From Thecamonas trahens ATCC 50062 (lineage: Eukaryota > Protista > Apusomonadida), in contig NW_013657612.1 in the NCBI RefSeq assembly GCF_000142905.1, positions 76,328-140,327 on the forward strand: a DNA stretch of 64,000 bases, given 5' to 3'. A program made the position numbers and the translations under genes. Below are positions 21,677-31,552 of the stretch, piece by piece. Below the pieces are notes generated by a model, which worked only from the letters and a program-made list of their open reading frames with translations, did no database searches and had not been told where the DNA came from. Every line of letters starts with the position of its first letter. Position 1 is the stretch's first letter.

Positions 21677-21895
21677 ATGCAGCACGTGACGGCTGAGCGA
21701 GGAACGTTGCTTGTGTGTGCCGACTCTGCGGTAAAGCAGTTTGTACTCTCGCTTGACGTGGGTGAGGCTGAGGACTCATGGGTTCTCGCTGATCTGGACG
21801 ACGTCCATCTGGTGGTCGACTCGTCCGAGGTCAAGCGCATCCGCAACAAGCTCCGTGACCTCCTTGACGAGAACCATGTCAAGTTCATTCAATAG
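21677..21895 (+). CDS. GTF2H5: TFIIH subunit TTD-A / Tfb5
   Basis: 72 aa. GTLLVCADSAVKQFVLSLD...VLADLDDVHLVV...LLDEN matches the Tfb5 pattern (GVLIECDPAMKQFLLYLD...IIQDIDDTHVFV...LMDQN). Confidence 0.85.
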   Translation: MQHVTAERGTLLVCADSAVKQFVLSLDVGEAEDSWVLADLDDVHLVVDSSEVKRIRNKLRDLLDENHVKFIQ

Positions 21896-22022
21896 TTGTT
21901 GTGGGCGGTGGAACTGGTCCTGACTAGAGCGCCAGGGCTTGGTGGCGCCGATGAGTGACTGATCTCGGTGTGCGGCCGGCTGCCCCTTCCCTCGCTTCCC
22001 TCTCACTGGCTTGGTTCACTCC

Positions 22023-22988
22023 TCAGCGCTTCCGCAGCTTGCGCTTGCCTTGATTGAGCTCGGATTCGCTGGGAGCGGGCTTGCGCTTGCGCTTGCCAGT
22101 GGTCTTTCCGCTGGTCTTGGTGGCAGCGGCCGCCTTGGCCGCCTTTCGCTCGGCAGCCTTGCGCTGCGCGGCAGTCGGCGGTGCCTTGGTCCGAGTAAAG
22201 ACCAGAGTGTGGGCATGGCCCTTGGATGCGACATTGGACTTTGCAGCCGAATAGGTGTAGCCGTCGAGGGCAAAGGCCTTCAGATCGTCCATTGTGGCGG
22301 CGGCCGACTGGACGACGTGGCGGACAAAGGCACCACGACCGGCCTTGGAATAGACGCCTGACGACCGCCCCGCGGTCTCAAACTTGACGTTGACCACGAC
22401 AATGCGCTTGTCGTCGGCGGCCTGGGCAATCTCCGCCGCGACAGCCTTGTAGTACTCATCCGAGGCGACGTTGACGACGATGGGCGGTTCGTCACCGGTA
22501 GCCTCGGCATCGGAGACCACGGCCTTGCCCAGGTCGTCGCCCCAGAACTCATACAGCGAGTCGACGCCGACCTCAAGCTTGCCCTTGAGCCGGGTGCCCA
22601 TGCAAAGTCTGTAAAAGCCGATCTCGTCCGAGGGCGTGACCAGGCCGTAGAGGCCCGAGATGATGCGCAGCTTGGCATCCAAAGCCTCCATGTCGAGCTC
22701 GCTGGCCTTGAGTGCCACATACGCCGTCCCCGCATATGCCAGCGCAGCTTCCCGCACTGCGGCCTTGCCTGCGGCCAGAGCAAGATGACCATCCCGTGCA
22801 CCGCTTGCCAGAGCCGCCGACACGCCCAGCAGCTTCCCTGTCGCCGCCACCGATAGCTCGCCCAGCGCCGCCACCAGCTGGGCCGTCTTTTGTCCGAACC
22901 GGAGGCTCGCCACGTCCACGGCGGTGACCTTTGTCTCTGCAGGATACGACATGCTCTTGGCTGGCGAGAGCAGGCAAAGAACGCCCAT
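22023..22988 (-). CDS. yaaA: Peroxide-stress protein YaaA (UPF0246/DUF328) with a basic C-terminal tail
   Basis: LLSPAKSM, LRIISGLYGLV, YRLCMGTRL, SLYEFWG, VNVASDEYYKAV, YSKAGRG motifs. Start taken at ATG 22988. Confidence 0.9.
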   Translation of the reverse strand: MGVLCLLSPAKSMSYPAETKVTAVDVASLRFGQKTAQLVAALGELSVAATGKLLGVSAALASGARDGHLALAAGKAAVREAALAYAGTAYVALKASELDMEALDAKLRIISGLYGLVTPSDEIGFYRLCMGTRLKGKLEVGVDSLYEFWGDDLGKAVVSDAEATGDEPPIVVNVASDEYYKAVAAEIAQAADDKRIVVVNVKFETAGRSSGVYSKAGRGAFVRHVVQSAAATMDDLKAFALDGYTYSAAKSNVASKGHAHTLVFTRTKAPPTAAQRKAAERKAAKAAAATKTSGKTTGKRKRKPAPSESELNQGKRKLRKR

Positions 22989-23046
22989 GGATGGCTGGTG
23001 CTTGTGCTGGTGCGGCGTTGTGTGTGCGGTGAGGTTGTGGCGAAAG

Positions 23047-23076
23047 CGATCACGATCGCGATCGCGATCGTGATCG
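23047..23076. repeat. Perfect 30-bp palindrome CGATCACGATCGCGATCGCGATCGTGATCG in a divergent intergenic region
   Basis: The sequence equals its own reverse complement. It is followed by GGTGGTGATCGATCG at about 23086-23100. Confidence 0.85.
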
Positions 23077-23148
23077 TGATCGAGTGGTGGTGATCGATCG
23101 CGGCTGTCTTCCCGACGGACCAACGCTCGTGGTACTCCACTCTCCCCC

Positions 23149-26100
23149 ATGTCGTACGACGACGAGTCTGAGGACTACTACTACGACGGCGAGGGCGGGT
23201 ACGACGACGGGGACAACTCGTCGTACCATGGCGAGTCTGTCGACGGAGGCGACGGCACTGATGCCGAGGCAGCAGCCCGCGGGCCGGACATGGCCTTCCT
23301 CCCAGCCGTTGATCGGCCCGCCGCAAAGGTAGGTACTCCTCGAGCCACCCACGCTTGCGACATAGCGCTCACGCCAGCCATTCTCTCCACCCACGTAGCA
23401 TAGCTACCATAGTACCTCCTTGCGCAACGTGGTGCGCTTGGGTGACTTTAAGCGTCCGTCCGCAGCGGTGGTGCAGGAGAAAGCCGCCAAACGGCGGGTT
23501 TCACCCGTTTGCCGTTTGGCGGCAATTTTTGGCGAGGCAGCGAGCGGGCGGCTGTTGGGTGAGGCGAGACGCATACTCACGACCAGACGGCACGGGCGGC
23601 GCAGATCATTGTCGAGGTCGGGCTCAAGGAGGCTCTAGAAGAGGGCACGCTGCAAGAGTTCCACGAGGTCGTGGCCATGGTCCACGACACCGAGGGCAGG
23701 CGGATGGCGGTGGTGGACACGACGACGCTCAGCGAGCTGGACGGTGCTGTGGCGCATCCCAAGCACTTTGAGTCGCCGGAGGAGGCCGACGAGCTGACGT
23801 GGGAGGGCGTGCGGATCGATCTGGCGGCGCTCGACTCGGAGATTGAGGCGCTGTCGGTCATGCTGTACTCGTCGGCGCCGCTCGACGATGAGGCCGGCTC
23901 GGAGCTGCCCAACATGCCGCAAACGCTGTACTGCAAGGTGCTGGACAACAGCGATGTGTCTGTGGCGTACGAGGCCAAGCCGGTGCTTGCAGCCTTTGAG
24001 GCGCCGCTGGAGGTTGGCCCGCGCGGCTCGGTCGTCCTCACCCTCAACCGGGTCAACTGGGCCAAGATTGTGGAGGAGCGCGAGGCGGCGGCCGAGGCCG
24101 AGGCCGAGGCTGCCAGCGAGGGCGAGGGCGGCGCCGGTGCCGGTGCGCCAACACTGGCGGTGACTGGCGATGACGACGAGTCGCCGAAGCGGATGACGGT
24201 AGCGGCGTCGACGCTGGGCATTGCGGCTGCGCAGCCGCTGGGCTCTGGTGACTCGGCGCGGCACTCGTCCACGCCGCAAATCGGCGGGGCGACGCCCGGC
24301 GGAGCCGTCGACGACATGTCGTCGTCTGAAGCGGCGGCGGCGGCGGCGGCGGCGGTGGCCGAGTTTGCCGGCGTCCCGGTGGAAGAATCGTGGCAGGTCA
24401 AGTTTCTGGCGCGTGTGGCGGAGCAAGACGACGTCGAGTACCAGGAGCTGCTTGCGCTGGCGGAGGAGCTGATGGTGGCGCGGCAGAAGAAGGCGCCAGT
24501 GCGCTCGGTGGCACTCAAGGCGGCGCACCCGGTGGCGCTCCCGCGGAACCCAGAGACGTTTGCGGTCGAGATTGCTTGGGCGATGAAGAACCCCGAGGCG
24601 TACCCGCTGTTTGGCGGTGGCGGCGACGACGGTGACGAGGGCGGTGACGGTGACGAGGCCGGCGACGGCGACGACGGTGACGGCGATGGATACGACGACT
24701 CTGGGTACGACGAGAAGAAGCGCGGCGGCGGCGACGGGTACGATGGTTACGACGGGTACGACGACGGCGACGGGTACGACGACGACGACGAGGCGGCGGT
24801 GGCCGAGGCCGAGGCGCGGCGCAAGGCCAAGATTGTCCAGGCCGCCGAGGCTGTACTTGCCAAGGAGGTGCAGGTGGTGGCGGTGACGACCGACGCACGC
24901 GGCAAGCCGCTCGAGCTTATTCCAACGACAGTGGGTCGCTCGTCCGACGGCGGGGTGCAGCACAAGCCGTCGCGGCGGAACGCGGCAGGCGACTTTGTGT
25001 CGACGCTCACGTTTGATCCGTCGCGGATGGCACCCGAGGTGGCGGGTGTGACGTTTATGGTTGTCGACGTCAAGAGCCACCTCGGCGAGCTTGCGGCGTC
25101 GCGTATCCGGCTCCTCAACACGACTGGCGTGGACGTGGACGAGGCGCTGGCGCAGCCGGAGGAAGCCGGCGGCGACGGCGATGGCGGCGACGAGTTTTCC
25201 GACGACGGGACGGCGGACATGGACTCGAAGGACTCATCGGGCTCGTCGCCCAACTCCCGCGGGTCGCGTGCGTCGCGGGCATCGCGGCAGTCGTCACGGC
25301 AGTCGCGGCGGTCATCGCGTACGCGCGGGTCGAGCGGCGACGGTGGGAGCAAGAAGAAGATGTCGTCGCGGTCGATGTCGGAAAAGATGGGTCCTGCGAC
25401 ACGGACACCGTCGGCTAACTCGCTCCTCTCGACGGCGCGAAGCAAGATCGCGTCGTCGGTGGCGGTGCTGAAGCGGCCGGACGAGGCATTCTACCAGGCC
25501 GCGGCAGAGGCGGCGAGCCCCGAGGCTACGCTCCCTGTGGAGCCCGAGCTCGGGCCGGAACTTGCGTCGTTTGTGGTGACCGAGGTGACCGGGTCGGAGG
25601 CGCCGGTAGTGGGCGTTGCGCGGCCGTCGACGCCGCCGCTCGGCGACCCTGAGCCTGCGGGAGGTGCGGCGGCGAGTGCGGAAGAGCTTTTGCCGTCGGC
25701 GCAGGTGGTGTGCCGGGTGCAGCGGGCCGGCCGTGGCGAGAGGCGGGGCATGGACGACGGGTCGGTCTCTGACGGCGGCGGGTATGACGACGACGAGGAC
25801 GGTGGGCGGATGGGCGGCGGCGGGTGGGAGATTCTCCCGCTCGGCTCGCTGCTGCCGGGCGCCGGGCTGGAGGCGCTGGAAGCAGCACTGGAGCGATCGA
25901 TCCACGAGATCATTCCGCGGTTCACGGTCGACCTTGTGCCGAACGTGACGCAGCGGCTGAAGGACTACAAGGAGGGGTGGGACTACACCAACGTGGTGTT
26001 TGGCTTTGGGTGGGATGGTGAGGGCATGGACGCTTACGACGAGTTCCCACTTCACGTCGGGTGCATGCTTCTCGATGAGCGCGGGACGGAGCTGGCAACG

Positions 26101-27375
26101 ATTGGGCTGGCGCGGCCGTCGTCGGTCGACGGCTCGGTTATGCATCTTGTGAGCGCAGAGCTCCGCGAACAGGAGGCGAAGCTCAAGCGCGAGGCCGACG
26201 CTGCAGCGTCTGCGGCGGCGGCGGCGGCGGCGCGGGCGGCTGGCGAGGACGTCGACGAGTACGACGACGAGTACGACGATGCGCGCGGAACCGAGTCGAA
26301 CACGGCGTACTCGACCGGCTCGCCAAGGTCAGACGGCGGCGACGGCGGTGACGTCGCGGGCGGCGAGGTCGACCTCGACGTGGAGAAGATTGCGGTGGAC
26401 CTGACAAAGATCTCGGACAAGGTTGCGGCATTTGTGCTTGTCCTCGGCATGCACGTGGAAGAGGAGCTGACACCCGAGCTCGACGTGTACATGCGTGTGC
26501 TTGACCAGACCAAGGTTGCAGAGAGCGGCGAGGCAGTGCAGCTCGGATCCGGCTTTGAGGCCATGCGGTACTCACTCCTCTGCGAGGAGGGCCACACGTC
26601 ACTGGTGGTGGCGCTTGTGACGCGGTCGAAGGAGACCGGCAAGTGGCAGATCCAGCCGGTGGAGCAGTACTACGAGGGCATCGACTTTGCGGACGTGCTT
26701 GTGGACATCGAGAACGCGTACCGCGAGACGGTTCCGGATCCGGTGGTGCAGCTGCCGGCGAGTGTGGCGAGCCGAGTGCCGCGGCAGGTGCTGGATCTGT
26801 CTGGCTACGCCGGCACGTCGCTGGAGCGGACGCTCGCGCTGATCAAGCCGCGGGCGACGGCCGCCGGGCACAGCGGGGCCATCCGCGAGTTTGTGGCGCT
26901 CCACGGCTTTGCGGTGGTCCGGCAAGTGCGGACGCAGCTGACGCGACCGCAGGCGGCACAGTTCTACGCCGTCCACAAGGGCAAGCCGTTCTACTCGCGT
27001 CTGATTGGCTTTATGTCGTCGGGCCCGATCGAGGTGCTGGTGCTCGCGCGGCGCGGCGCGGTCGGGGCGTGGCGGACGTGCGTGCCGGCGCTCCGGGCCA
27101 AGTTTGGCACCGACGCCACGCGCAACGCGGTCCACGGCTCGGACTCGCCTGCCAACGCCGCCAAGGAGATCAAGTTCTTCTTCCCGGACATGGTGTCGGC
27201 CATTCCGGCCTCGGTCGACGCCGTGCAGTTCCTCAACGCCAAGGTCAACCCGGTCCTGCTCAAGGGCCTCACGGCGCTGGCCAAGGCCAAGCCGGCCGAG
27301 CCGCTCGAGTGGCTTGCCGCCTGGCTCCTCGACAACAACCCGAACAAGCCCAAGTGCGTTGTTGATCTGGCGTGA
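23149..27375 (+). CDS. Multi-domain protein: three TerD-like domains, NME5/RSP23-type nucleoside diphosphate kinase, Dpy-30 motif. Exon 1 is 23149-23328, intron 23329-23604
   Basis: NDK: ERTLALIKP, FYAVHKGKPFY, FMSSGP, RNAVHGSDS. Dpy-30: VNPVLLKGLTALAKAKPAEPLEWLAAWLLDNNPNKP. TerD-like: VFGFGWD...CMLLDERG...SVDGSVMH...EKIAVDLTKI...YMRVLD...KWQIQPV. Intron GTAGGT...TACTCAC...GCAG, phase 0. Confidence 0.8.
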
Positions 27376-27411
27376 GCATGTAAACGCGTCTCAGTTGCGA
27401 GCCGCAGACGA

Positions 27412-28311
27412 CTACTGCTGGGCGCAGTCGGGGACCTCGTCGTCGCCGTCGTCGCCGCCCATTTGCTCCAAGAACGAGAGCGCAATCTCGGCCGCCATGT
27501 CTTTGCGTTCGTTGTCCGGCAGGCCCGCCATCTCCTGGCGCATGGTCGCGAACCGCTGCAGCGCTGCCTCGACTGAATCGGCCTGGGCCTCATACGCCGC
27601 AAACTCGGCATCGTCAGTCTGTTCCGCCTCGGCGTCGGCGGCCTGGCTGACCGGCTTCTCGCCGGCGAGATCAAAGGCAGAGAAGAGGGTGGCGGTGAGC
27701 GCGTCGATGGCGGCGCGCTCGGGATGGACCGACAAGGGCTCGGTATCAGCGTCGGGAGTGCTCGGCAACTTGGGCGCTTGCCTGCTACTGGCCTCGCTCA
27801 TGACCATCGACGGCCACATGTGCGTCTGCAGCGCTTCTGCAACGCGATCGATGCCGCGAGCGCCGCCCTGAGCCAGCGCGCGAGCGCCGTGCTCATCAAG
27901 GCGGATAAACTCGATGAGAGCGCCAGCAGCTAGCTCTTGCAGATAGTCGACGACGCTGTCATCGACTCCGTGGGCAGCATGGCCGAGAAGGAGAAGAACG
28001 CCGAGATCGGGTCGCGCATGGAGCGCTGATGCAAGATCAGGGAGCGCATCGGTCTGAGGCACACGGTGGCCGAGTGGAGCGAGGAAGACAGCAGCGCCGG
28101 CCGCCGCAGGCACGGCAGCATCATCACTGAGTGCGGAGCCATCGATGATGTCGATGACCAGGTCGGCCGAGTAGTACTTGTTGGAGAAGGACCATGTGCG
28201 AGAGGATGCGGCAGAAGGAGAAGGGAGCGGAGCGAGTGTGTCTGCAGCAGCAGCAGCGGCTTCTGTGTCACCGTCGACTGCAATCCATGCAATGTCGCAT
28301 GGTGTCGTCAT
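27412..28311 (-). CDS. AAGAB: Alpha- and gamma-adaptin-binding protein p34
   Basis: WSFSNKYYSADL, GIDRVAEALQTHMWPSMVM and C-terminal LPDNERKDMAAEIALSF match the AAGAB pattern. Confidence 0.8.
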   Translation of the reverse strand: MTTPCDIAWIAVDGDTEAAAAAADTLAPLPSPSAASSRTWSFSNKYYSADLVIDIIDGSALSDDAAVPAAAGAAVFLAPLGHRVPQTDALPDLASALHARPDLGVLLLLGHAAHGVDDSVVDYLQELAAGALIEFIRLDEHGARALAQGGARGIDRVAEALQTHMWPSMVMSEASSRQAPKLPSTPDADTEPLSVHPERAAIDALTATLFSAFDLAGEKPVSQAADAEAEQTDDAEFAAYEAQADSVEAALQRFATMRQEMAGLPDNERKDMAAEIALSFLEQMGGDDGDDEVPDCAQQ

Positions 28312-28536
28312 GGGCAAGAGGGGGGGGGGGAGGGGAGGGGGTGAGTGGGGTGCAAGTGTGCCAGGGATACGATTGTTTGTTGTTACGGTAATCGTAGAGT
28401 GTTGGCAACAATTATTTGATATGGATGACAACCATTCGTTTGGTGGTTGTTTGTTCGTTTCCTCCCTTCAAGGAGCAGCCAAACAGACAGCTGTACCGAG
28501 CCGAGGCCACCCACGCACACCCGCACACACCCAAAC

Positions 28537-28539
<3 letters not shown>

Positions 28540-28568
<29 letters not shown>

Positions 28569-28598
28569 CACCACCACCACCACCACCACTACTACTAC
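28540..28598. repeat. (CA)n, (CAC)n and (CTA)n microsatellites
   Basis: Read directly in the divergent intergenic region. Confidence 0.85.
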
Positions 28599-28638
28599 CT
28601 CTACCGCCATCCACCATACGCACACACATCCAACACAC

Positions 28639-30006
28639 ATGACTCAATCCTCAGCTTCATCATCTTTGGACAACCCAGAGTCATGCTCGGCAACGTCCAG
28701 CTTCCCGGACGTTGCCGCCGCTGCCTCGGCCACTACCGCTGCCACTACCGCTGCCGCGGACGCGGACGCTAACGCTGCCGCCCCCGGTCCCGACCCTGAC
28801 CCTGGCCCCGACCATGACCCCGGCCCCGGCCCCGCCGCGCCCCGTCCTGCAAGCCGCAGCCGCAGCCAACCGATGCATGATGGTGGTGATGGTGGTGATG
28901 AGGTGAGCCGACCTGCTGCGGCAACAGCTTCTTTGCAGAGACTCTCACACTCGCGGGAGCTCGCCTTTTCACGCGGTGCACTCGGCAGCGACATGAAGGT
29001 CGACAGCGTGTCGATGAGGCATGGCTCGCCGTCTAGACGTGGCTCGGCCCAACTATCCAATAGCCTCGCCTCTTCCGGGCAGCACCGCTCGCCGCGACTG
29101 GATGCGCCAAGCAACACACCGATGCCATCGAATCCAGATCTGCCGCAAGAAGCGGCGGCGGCGGCGGCGGCGGCCGAAGCAGCGGCAGTCGAGGCGGCAA
29201 GGGTCGGTGATGGTGATGGTGATGGGATAGCGGTTGGAGGTGAGACCGGGGCGGATGGGCCGCGATCCAGGCGGTCGCGGGGAAATAGTCCGCCGCAGGC
29301 ACGGGTGGGCGTCTCGCGGGCGCCACCGGGTGTGCTGATGCCCGGCGGAAAGACTCGTAGTGGTGCGGCGCGGACCGGCGGTGTGCCGGACGTGCTCACG
29401 CCGCAAACTCGGAGCGATGTGCCGACGACCGCCATCTCGGGTGGTGCTGCGCCCACTGAGGACGCGCATCGCCGGCGGATCGAGTCGACGCCGCAGGGTG
29501 ACGCTCGGTCGTCGGCGCATGCCTCGCGGTGGCGGACATCTGGCCGCGAGCGCGTCGAGCTGACCGGGCGCGCCACTCTTGTGCTTGCCGTCCCCTTCAT
29601 CTGCTACCTTGGATGGCTAGTCCCCATCTTTGTCATCGGCTTCTCGTCGGTGGAGAACACGTGCGACCGGCCGCTCGTCGGCTTTGTCTTTGGCTTTATC
29701 CTCATTATGGGTGCGTTCATGGTCTTCTACGTCGGCGTCATCGCCTACGCTTGGCGGCACGTCAACCCCAACTCGCGCACCACCCGTGTTCTCGACCGGG
29801 CGTGGGAGTTTCTGGAGAAGACCATCATTGTTGTCACCATTGCCTACTGCTCGCTCGGTGCCTACTGGATCGACACCACTCGCAACTGCAAGCGTCTCTT
29901 GCCCAACGTCTACTGGCTCGCACTCTCCATCGTCGTCACATTTCTCTTTATTCCGCTCTCCTACATCGCTGCTCGCATCTGCTACCGAGTCACCTCGCGG
30001 ATCTAA
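28639..30006 (+). CDS. Membrane protein with a disordered N-terminus and about 4 C-terminal TM helices
   Basis: Hydrophobic segments with loop cysteines (TCDRPL, NCKRLLP). ATG at 28639. Confidence 0.7.
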   Translation: MTQSSASSSLDNPESCSATSSFPDVAAAASATTAATTAAADADANAAAPGPDPDPGPDHDPGPGPAAPRPASRSRSQPMHDGGDGGDEVSRPAAATASLQRLSHSRELAFSRGALGSDMKVDSVSMRHGSPSRRGSAQLSNSLASSGQHRSPRLDAPSNTPMPSNPDLPQEAAAAAAAAEAAAVEAARVGDGDGDGIAVGGETGADGPRSRRSRGNSPPQARVGVSRAPPGVLMPGGKTRSGAARTGGVPDVLTPQTRSDVPTTAISGGAAPTEDAHRRRIESTPQGDARSSAHASRWRTSGRERVELTGRATLVLAVPFICYLGWLVPIFVIGFSSVENTCDRPLVGFVFGFILIMGAFMVFYVGVIAYAWRHVNPNSRTTRVLDRAWEFLEKTIIVVTIAYCSLGAYWIDTTRNCKRLLPNVYWLALSIVVTFLFIPLSYIAARICYRVTSRI

Positions 30007-30196
30007 CATGCGCACAGCACTGTCCGGCTCATCATCGCTTTGCCCTGCCCCCGCCACATGTATATATACGCCAGCAACTGGGGCTATATGTATCCGTTGC
30101 TCACCGAGCTTAAAACACCCTCCCGCATGTAAAAGTCTAGCCATTTGATCGGCTGCCGGCCGTCCATCGGCCGGTAGCCATGCGGCGGCGCGCCCG

Positions 30197-30373
30197 CACT
30201 CTCGGTTGCCGGCCGGGCGACCACTCCGCTGGCTCGACAGCCTGTGATATCCTCGCATTTACTGTGCTGACCATCTTTGCCGACACATCGTGCTGATTGG
30301 CACGGCGATCCGCGTGTACGTGAGCGCCGTTCGATGGCTCGCGCACACACGATATCAAGGGAAGAATCAAGCG
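30197..30373 (+). repeat. Dispersed 177-bp element, copy A
   Basis: Ungapped match to the reverse complement of 43547-43723, about 23 mismatches by hand count (about 87% identity). Confidence 0.85.
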
Positions 30374-30580
30374 CCCAGACGGCGGGCGTCGTCTTCGTCG
30401 TTGCGCATTGTTATCAAAAGAGCGGGCGGATGGGCTCCCGCTCCGTCGGAGCCGGCCGTGTCGACGCCATCGGAGCTCTTTGCAAAGTATGGTGTCAGCC
30501 GCTTCGCTTCGCCGTGCCCGCCGAGAGAGCCAGCGACTCGCAGCATTGGCGGCAACACTTTACGACCTTTTTTGGGACGG

Positions 30581-31546
30581 ATGTCATCGCTTGCGGGCCT
30601 TCCCACGGCGACGCAGCACATGCTCTCTGCGGCCGGCATTACAACGAGACATGAGCTCCTCAGTCGAGCACTTGCCCGAACACTCCCTGGCCACGCAGGT
30701 GATGTTGTGGCCGAACTTGTGGCCTCGTCCGCCCCCTTCCCCACCACCGGCGATGATGACCTCTTCACACCGACTCGCCCTCTCCTCCCCACCCGCATTC
30801 CCTCTCTCGATGCCGCGCTCGGTGGTGGCTGGTTCCCCGGTGACGTCACAGAACTTGTGGGCCCACCAGCCTCGGGCAAGTCACAGTTTATTGTCTCGGC
30901 TGCTCTTGACTCGGTCTTTGTCGTCAACGGCTCGGAAGGTCCTGCCGATGCCCTTGCCGGCGCGTCGGATGCGGCGCCGGCGTGGATTCTCGACTCGTCG
31001 GCCTCGTTCTCGGTTGATCGGCTGGTGGAGATGGTGCATGCTCGGCTGGCGTCGGCACCGGCAGAGGTGCAGGAGGCGGCGGCGGCAGAGTTGGAGACAG
31101 CGCTCGCCCATCGTCTTCGGATTGTAGCTGTTCATTCGGTGGCAGACGTCCTCGACGCGCTCGATGCTGTCGAGGCGCAGCTGGAGAATGCTGCGGCGAT
31201 AGCGCCGCGGCTGGTGGCGGTCGACTCGATTGCTGACATCCTCTCGCCCATCGTCGGTTCGGGCCGCCGCGCACTCGCCGATGTCGCCACTGTCGGCGCG
31301 CGGCTCCGCGACATTGCGGCTGCGGGCGTCATCGTTCTCGTGACCAATCGGGTCACCGCCTCGGGCACGACTCCGGCGCTGGGCCGGGCGTGGCGGTTTG
31401 TGCCAGACGTCCGGCTCATGCTCGAGCCGCACCTGGAGCACCAGGCGACCCACGTGCGCGTCGTTGCCTGCCCGCGGCTCGCGCTCTCGGACAGCCCGCT
31501 GACGTTCGCCATTACTGCCGAGGGCATTGTGGGCGTCGCGCCGTGA
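30581..31546 (+). CDS. RAD51D: RAD51 paralog D
   Basis: SLDAALGGG...VTELVGPPASGKSQ (Walker A), LVAVDSI (Walker B), LVTN, and PALGRAWRFVPDVRL typical of RAD51D. Confidence 0.85.
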   Translation: MSSLAGLPTATQHMLSAAGITTRHELLSRALARTLPGHAGDVVAELVASSAPFPTTGDDDLFTPTRPLLPTRIPSLDAALGGGWFPGDVTELVGPPASGKSQFIVSAALDSVFVVNGSEGPADALAGASDAAPAWILDSSASFSVDRLVEMVHARLASAPAEVQEAAAAELETALAHRLRIVAVHSVADVLDALDAVEAQLENAAAIAPRLVAVDSIADILSPIVGSGRRALADVATVGARLRDIAAAGVIVLVTNRVTASGTTPALGRAWRFVPDVRLMLEPHLEHQATHVRVVACPRLALSDSPLTFAITAEGIVGVAP

Positions 31547-31552
31547 AAGTGT

